Assembly: GCF_041956535.1 (NCBI RefSeq)
Contig: NW_027192219.1
Coordinates: 235,085-291,863, forward strand
Length of the DNA stretch: 56,779 bases
Source of the DNA: Calcarisporiella thermophila CBS 279.70
Lineage: Eukaryota; Fungi; Calcarisporiellomycota
Direction: 5' to 3'
In this document: in pieces, positions 49,804 through 56,779 of the stretch
Position numbering within the stretch: the stretch's first letter is position 1
How the letters are laid out: the number at the start of each line of letters is the position of its first letter
Translations under genes and position numbers: made by a program
The notes under the pieces: model-generated
The model's input: only the letters and a program-made list of their open reading frames with translations
Database searches by the model: none
Told to the model about the DNA's origin: nothing

Positions 49804-51389
49804 CTAAGCAGCAGCCTGTGCATTCTCCTTTTCTTTCCGTGCTTTGAATGCGCTCTGCGCCCATGCTTCCATATCAACTTCAACCGATTCATACCTTTTA
49901 ATGAACTGGTGCTCAAGCAGCTGAGAATACGTGGGACGAGCTTTGGGGTCCTTATTCAGACTAATAAAGAATTGCAAGTTAACACTCACTATCTGAAAAA
50001 AAAAAGCACTCTTATCTACCATTGCGAAACAAAGTCTACCGCATCATCTGAAAACAATTCTGCAGGTAAAGTTGGAACCTCTCCTTGCACAATAGCGCTT
50101 AACTGTGCAAACATGTTATCATACTTGTATGGGTAACTTCCGGTAGCCACCTCTAGCAATGAAAGTCCTAGAGACCAAACATCCGCCTGGGCTGTGTATG
50201 CACTTCCTTGTTCCACGGATATGCGCTCCGGTGCCATATACGGTTGACAGCCGATGTTGGTCTTGGCCATCGACTGTATTAGCTGGCCCGAGACTCCGAA
50301 ATCACATAGTTTTACCTGCCCCTTGCGGTTAATAAGCACGTTGGTAGGCTTAATATCTACATAAAGGCCCATGAATACACTCTAAAAGATATCGATTGCG
50401 AGACAGGCACAAACCTCTATGAATGATATTCAGCTCGTCCTTCAAAAACCTTAATCCTTTGACCATCTATATTCAATCACATGAATACTTCAATTGTTAT
50501 ATATAATGGTATCTTAATCATTTACCGATTCGGTAATTTTTGCCATCACATCTTCCGGCACACCACAGCCATATAACTTGTCTAAAGAGCCACAGTCCAT
50601 ATATTCCATGCAAAGGTACACACAAGACTCGATGAAAAATGCACCATAAAACTCGACAATATACTCGCTCGTCGATTTATGGAGGATATCAAGCTCCATC
50701 AGGATCTGCGAGAGACGAGATTCGTCTAGCTCCAGACGAATTTCCTAAATGAATTCAAAATTAATTTCAGGAAATTAGAGCTACTTTCGCATATTATCAG
50801 AAAAAAGTTCCTGTATACCTTCATTGCCATGGTGACATTGGTTGGTCGGTGGAAAACCTTGTGCACAGTTCCGTACTGCCCTTTACCTAGCTCCTCACAT
50901 ACCTCAAGCTCATCCATCTTAATTCGGTAACTCACTCCACTAGTAAAATCCACTCCCTCAGCGTGAAGGATAGCTTTGCCGCTGAAGTTAAGTTTTCCTG
51001 ATGGATCACTGAGGCAAACAAAATTATTAGATCACCCACTTCAGATAGGAAATAGAATGTACTAAGATGATTTAGACATACACATAGCGAGAAAATTTTG
51101 CAAATGGCGTACTGTTTTTTTGAGCAGAAAATCCTCCAATATCATTTAGTTTCAACCCGAATTTGGGCTTACCACCCATACCGGTATTTCGATGAGCCGG
51201 GGAGGATGACCCTGGTCCTGCCGGAGATCTTGGCATGAGTGGCGGCATGACTGGCATCCGCGGCGCGCGCACAGGTGCAATGGGCGGAAGGGCTACCCGA
51301 GATGGAGGCCTACTGCTTGGACTATCTACCCGCCTTGTGGGCGGAAGGACAGGACTACGAGGCAGAGTGCACTGCGATGGATCAGACAT
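49804..51389 (-). CDS. PBS2: HOG-pathway MAP kinase kinase Pbs2/Wis1, multi-exon
   Basis: TPFAKFSRY..PSGKLNFSGKAILHAEGVDF, LGKGQYGTV, GAFFIESCVY, DIKPTNVL, SMAKTNIGCQPYMAPERI. The start may lie upstream at 51488. Confidence 0.93.
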
Positions 51390-52580
51390 CTGATTTAAAT
51401 TAGGGGAATGATCGCAGTCCGTCTTCTGGTGATTTTGTGGCTGCTGACAAGAGATCGAGAGATCGGCTAGCGATTCGTGAAGATCCAAACCGGCAAAAAT
51501 TGAATTACGGAGAATGAGGGAACGAGCGTGTGGGACAAGGGGGAAAGGAAGAAATAATAAAAAATAAAAAAGGACCTAGGGATTTTTTGGATTACTCTTC
51601 TATCGAATAAACATTCATACAGGATTGGTCTTTTCTTGATTCAGTTTATACCGGAGAAAGCAAAAAAAAAAGAAAAGAAAAAAGGCAGTAGTGACAATGC
51701 AAGTGGTAAGTAAAAATGATAGTGAGAGCTAATGTCAGCCAAGCCACCCTTTCTAATCTGAATCTTCGCTTCTATACGAGTGCGTTGGTGTCGTACAACT
51801 TTCAAAAATTATCCCACTGCGATATTGGTTCAGATCCTTGATGAAAGTTTTGCCTTAGTAACCTATAATAGCTCTAAAATCGGGTATTTACAAAAATATC
51901 CAGAATGTATATCATAAGAAATTGCCGGCAAATCTCGGCGCCCACAGCAAAACTTAAGATGGGCGCCGCTAGTTTGTACCTTATCGCCTTAAAACATGGG
52001 CTACCCGACAGTTAAGCCTCCAATGTGATGGCGGTCCTTCTATCACTTATCGCCCACTCATTGATCCAAATTTTTTGCTTATATCTATCTTATTTCTTCG
52101 GCACTTGAAATGATTTTTGAAAATTTAAGTCTCATTTAATCATCTGTCAAATCTAATGTTTAGAATGATCTCATAATGATCCAGGATATACTACGCCCTT
52201 TGTGCAGCTAGGGCTTTTGATGTGTTGGTAGTATAATAAAATATCCATCCAGTACTAACAGGGTCGTCGTATTGCCAGGGGAAACACAACCTGATATTTT
52301 TAATAATAAGCTTAACATCTTCTTTAATTAAGAATTTTAATGCAATATTACTAGCCAAAAATTATTTAGTCTTGTGTTTTCTTTATGCCTCCTAACCTTA
52401 GAAAAGGGGATATTGTGCAAAGAAAAATTACAGAATTTTGTGGGATAATGAATAAAATATACTGAACTCTGCCTATTAAGCAAGAAATGGGGAAGTACAA
52501 TAATACATCAGCAATTGTCCAAAGCACCATTATTAATCTGCTTGTTGAGCACACCCACAATAACACTAAGACTCCTGCAT

Positions 52581-55040
52581 TTACTTATCTTTTTCGATCC
52601 CAAGTGTAACCCTCGCTCGCCCCCATCCAAGTCGATGATGACGCTGAGGACATCGTAGAGGATGAGGTTGAACGCATCGACTGTTGAATTATTTTGGCCA
52701 GTTGCGAGTCGAGTCCGTTTAACCCTGTCTTCAAGGCATCGGTCAATCCTTGTTCGAGTTGAATCCGGATTATATTCTGTACTAGAGGGCGAAAGAAAAA
52801 GTAAAACCCACTAGTGCAGAATGAATTGGATAAATTAATGTTAGGGAGGTATTAGAGTCGTCAGTATGATGAACATCATACTCATGTTTAGAATCATGCA
52901 GTCGTAGCTTAAACTCATGTACGGTTACATTCGCGTGCATGACCTCGAACGCGTGGTTCGAATGGCGAATATCAAGTGGCGCCAGTGTCAAGCTGATGCT
53001 TAAGCCTTTTCCGGAGATTATCAAGTCCATCAGGCCCACCTTTAAATAATCATAGGAAAAGAGGGAATACACAAAAGAGTTGAGCGTAGTAGTGTGAAAG
53101 CATTGCAAATTATAAGAAAGGAAATTTTACAGACATCCATCATTCTTGGAAACCCTGCTTGCTTGCGGAAAAAGTATACAATGTCTTTTGCATCGACACG
53201 TACTCCATCACTATAATAAGGTTAAGCACAATTCAAACGCTCGCTTGAAGGATACTACATGCCCTGTCGAAATATAATATACCCACATCTGAAAGGAAAG
53301 GATGGTACGCATAACTATGTCTCCTTCTGCTCGTAGTATATCACGACTAGTATCCGAGCGTATTTCAGGAATGATGATATTGGTCTGAGTGCTTACACGC
53401 ACTTGGCGTGGCACTATATTAGAACAGCGCAACACTATGTTATCAAGGACATACTTGGATTCATGACTATATCTAAAGTGGTGGGCAAAGTAATCAGAAT
53501 GACCCTTTTCTAGCCTTATACTTGCAATCCATACCCTTCGATTCTCGGCAATGGAACCCATTCCAATCGCTGTCCAACTGTAGCCAACACCTGAGCCAAG
53601 TCCTTTAACAGTTCGTATTTGAAGGTGGGTTGACCTTGTGCATCGAGTAGTATATCTTTCACCACTGCTCTAAAATCATGTATCCACTCGCTCAATGCTG
53701 GTTCGCAGACTAATTTTTGCGCCAGCCTTTGCGATTCGGTTACAATACGCTCGAAAAGCTCACGGTACTTCTCCGAGAGAGCGAACGGCGCACTCGAGTT
53801 GAGTAGGCCATCGATTGCGTCACGTAGGTTGTCTTGAGAGGCTACGAACTCGGAATCGTACACGCAGGCCAAGTAAAATTCCTGCAATTTGTTCATATAA
53901 TCCCTAAGCTCATTATCGCGCATCGCCTGGTCAGCCATCAATTGCCCAGCTTCAATGAGCGGATCCAAGCTTGATCGACCCGCAATATTCTCAATAAGTT
54001 CTCTGGCGTTTCGTTGCGCCAAGTACCCTGCACTCCTTTTCTGGTTCACTGAGGGCTCTTCTCCAGCGATAAGCTGCTGCTGCAGGGAATATCCCTTTCG
54101 TGCAAGCCGTCGTACGATGGAAAGAAGGTCGTCGAGACCACGTTGAAATTCTGAATTTTGTTGTATCATGATCAATAGACTTTGAAATCGCTTCAAGAGC
54201 CTCTTTCGTTGCTCTTCGGACATTCCCAACCGAGTTCCAAACGTTTCCTCCTTAGAACCCTCAGTTGCTTGCTTACCCAGCTCCGACAAAGTTTCGGATA
54301 AATTAGATTCGTGATGGATATATTGCTTGATGATGGGCTCGGTGTCCGTTCGAGAACCTTCGGTGACCTCACTTTCGTCTTCCCTCTTCTTAAACAAAAT
54401 GTCCTGGAGAAGCTCTTGCATGATCTGTTGGAAATCGTAGAGTAGTTGACGAAATTCGCTCGATTGTACAATCAGTTGGGCAAGTCGGATCGCCTCGTCC
54501 TTTCCGGCTTCAGCAAGTGCTTGAGTCTCCTTAGCGGTTTCCCGAAGGTCTTTCTTCGAGGCCGCTTCGCGGGCCAATTCTGAAATGGAAACTTCATTAT
54601 TTCCTCCATGATTTAGTGGAATTTTAGGATCTTACGGGCGGCTTCGCGAGCACTCTTGGATCCGTAGTAAATCACATTCTGCAACTTGTCCCCACGGTTG
54701 TATTCGAGTAGCACACGCTTGGTTGTCTCGAGTAGTTTTTCAGCATCCCCCATAACCTTCTTGCCTAGTGGTGACATACCCCTAGCAGTATCGTGTATAA
54801 TCTCACTTGACTGCACCTGTTCGATTTGTCTAGTGATTTCTTCGGTTTTGGGTAGTTTCCCTTGACTACATAATGGAGAATTAATTCTATAGGACCCTAA
54901 TAGAGGATATACATATGGAGCTACCTCGCGGCCTCGATAGTGTCCTGGAGCTGCTCCGACCGCCGAAGAGCCCTTTGGCGGGCATACCGGTCATTCTCCA
55001 TTTGCTGTACCTCTCCTGGCTTCAACAATGATTTTAACAT
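52581..55040 (-). CDS. conserved fungal HAM1/DUF5923-like protein, multi-exon
   Basis: GKLP..EEI, SPLGKKV, NRGDKLQ, SSEFRQLL, DAQGQPTFK, WVPLPRIE, YVLDNIVL, GLMDL...GLS, LRLHDSKH. Family recognised from memory of motif order. Confidence 0.75.
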
Positions 55041-55217
55041 GGTGTGTGGGAGGAAATAAAGAACGAAAGAGGCGTGTGAGAAAAGATCCAGTATTCTGCG
55101 AGTATAAAGAATTGATATGACTGCTAAATATAAATTAAAAAAAATCCGTTGATACGCCCATCGGTTATATTCCAAACCGTTTTCTTATTTTTTAGACTTT
55201 TTTAAGCCTACCCTACC

Positions 55218-56194
55218 ATGACTTCTAAGGTAATTAGTTGAGAATCCTCCATATATATGCGCTTTACTCTCTTGCTCATGGTCCTCTTAATAGAATGATG
55301 CCGATTCAGCGTCGCAAGATCCCCACCATCGAACTATGACACCCCAGAGTGTTGAACAAGAATCACATGAGGAAGAAAATCAAGACGGAGAGACCAGCAG
55401 ATTAATCAAGGAAGAGCGTAGAATAGTGACTGGAAATGATGGAGTATTTTCCAATCTTGCTGCAAAGCCCGATCTAGAGATTAAGGATGAAGAAATGCCC
55501 CCCGTAATTATCTATGTTTCTCAATTCTCTTGATCTATATTTGACTTAAATTGCAACATTGCCATGCAACAGACCTATGAGGCAGCAGCAGCTGACGCAC
55601 CACCACCTTTTGAGTATGAAACCACAATATTTACCACGGCAGATAGTGATGAAATCCTTGTCGAGGGAATGCCAGTTGGAAGCATATTTTCATTCTTATG
55701 GAATATGCTAAGTAAATTATTCAAAACTTGAACTCTTTTTTTTTTCAATGCCTAATACCACTGTATTTAGTCTCTGCTTGTTTCCAGTTTGTTGGCTTTA
55801 TTCTTACGTATTTGCTTCATATGACCCATGCAGCAAAGGTAAGTTCCCAATTAAAAGCTAGAGCATTATTTATATACTTTCCTCTTATTAACAAGCAATA
55901 TCCTCTTAGAACGGCTCGAAGACGGGACTCGGTCTAACACTTATGCATCTTGGCTTCAGTCTTCGGCAGCGTGTACTCAATCCCAACGCTAATTTTGGCG
56001 ACGACGATGAGGATATGCTATATCCAACCAATCCAACCTCTCCAACTGAGATGACTATGAGCTCATTTATTGCATGGATGCTGATGGCGCTGGGCTGGTT
56101 TATAACTGTAAGATCTATTTTCGCTTACATTCAAGCCTTGCGGACAGAAAGAATTATCCAGACTAGTCCATCACCGGCGGAGATCTATGTATAA
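55218..56194 (+). CDS. BSD2: metal homeostasis protein Bsd2 (NDFIP family Rsp5 adaptor), multi-exon
   Basis: NDGVFSNLAAKP, PP|TYEAAAAD, EGMPVGS, FQFVGFILTYLLH.THAAK|NGSKTGLG. Confidence 0.92.
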
Positions 56195-56779
56195 ATTACC
56201 ACGCGAGGGAGTTGAAAGAATTGTTCATAAAATGTATAAGAATGTATAAGAATATTTTACTGTTGTTTTTTGTTTTATATTTATCGATCCCTTTTCCTCC
56301 CTATATGTCAAGATGGCCACAAATACTATTTCCTTCCACTATAAAGCTGTTTCTACCAGCATTTCTCCTCTGAACAAGCTGTTATAGCATTGTGGGGTGG
56401 ATAAAGCATAGAATCATATGGTTACTATTCTTCTAACTCAAGATTGGCATTGACCATGCAAAATATTTTTGGGTCGATTGAGATGGAATGAAGTTATTCA
56501 CAGAAAATATTGCCCATACTATCATTAACCAATTCTCCTCACTGGTGCAAAGAATCAATGATTCTTATGTCATGCTGTAGAAGCCTGGTTAAACCGGCTC
56601 AATGCGATTCAACATCTTAACTATCACACTAGATATCATTACAACTGCGGCTCTAAGTGAGACATTAACTTGATTAATAACAACGAAAGGATAAACTTGG
56701 GCCACCTTTGATAAGTTTGGGCCTTGTGCAACCTTAGTTTTCTCAGTACTAATTCGGTAATATATGAAATGGACAATTT

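Noticed and set aside
53240-53260. GTATCCTT on the - strand as a U12-type donor
   Set aside because: It is internal to an intron whose frame-preserving donor is GTGGGT further upstream.

Overview
Eukaryotic, intron-rich, gene-dense DNA from an early-diverging fungus. The Mucoromycota-like placement is an inference from the joint presence of GDP-mannose 4,6-dehydratase, a GH9, an eIF5-mimic BZW/5MP and an ankyrin-NUDT12. From about 10 kb to the end there is an ordinary run of conserved multi-exon genes: SEC66, WDR24/RTC1, GH9, Whi3-like RRM, RNPS1-like SR protein, Polo kinase, bZIP, NUDT12, PA-TM-RING ligase, GMD, GST, PTPA, BZW, MRPL45/Mba1, G-beta, PBS2, a HAM1/DUF5923-like protein and BSD2. 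The first 10 kb is an accessory region. It holds a 5'-truncated LINE with a 14-bp target-site duplication, three near-identical tRNA-Pro genes with non-canonical D-loops, an intronless 819-aa orphan membrane-protein ORF bracketed by two of those tRNAs, further probable LINE debris and a GC-rich orphan ORF. Features invisible to the ORF track include a box C/D snoRNA with a 13-nt LSU rRNA guide, a GH9 and a GST that each appear to lack a catalytic residue, a start codon split by an intron, and a poor-context AUG on BZW. I see no unambiguous new multi-gene system; the tRNA-bracketed orphan island is the best candidate. CDS coordinates are start-to-stop spans including introns, parsed by eye.
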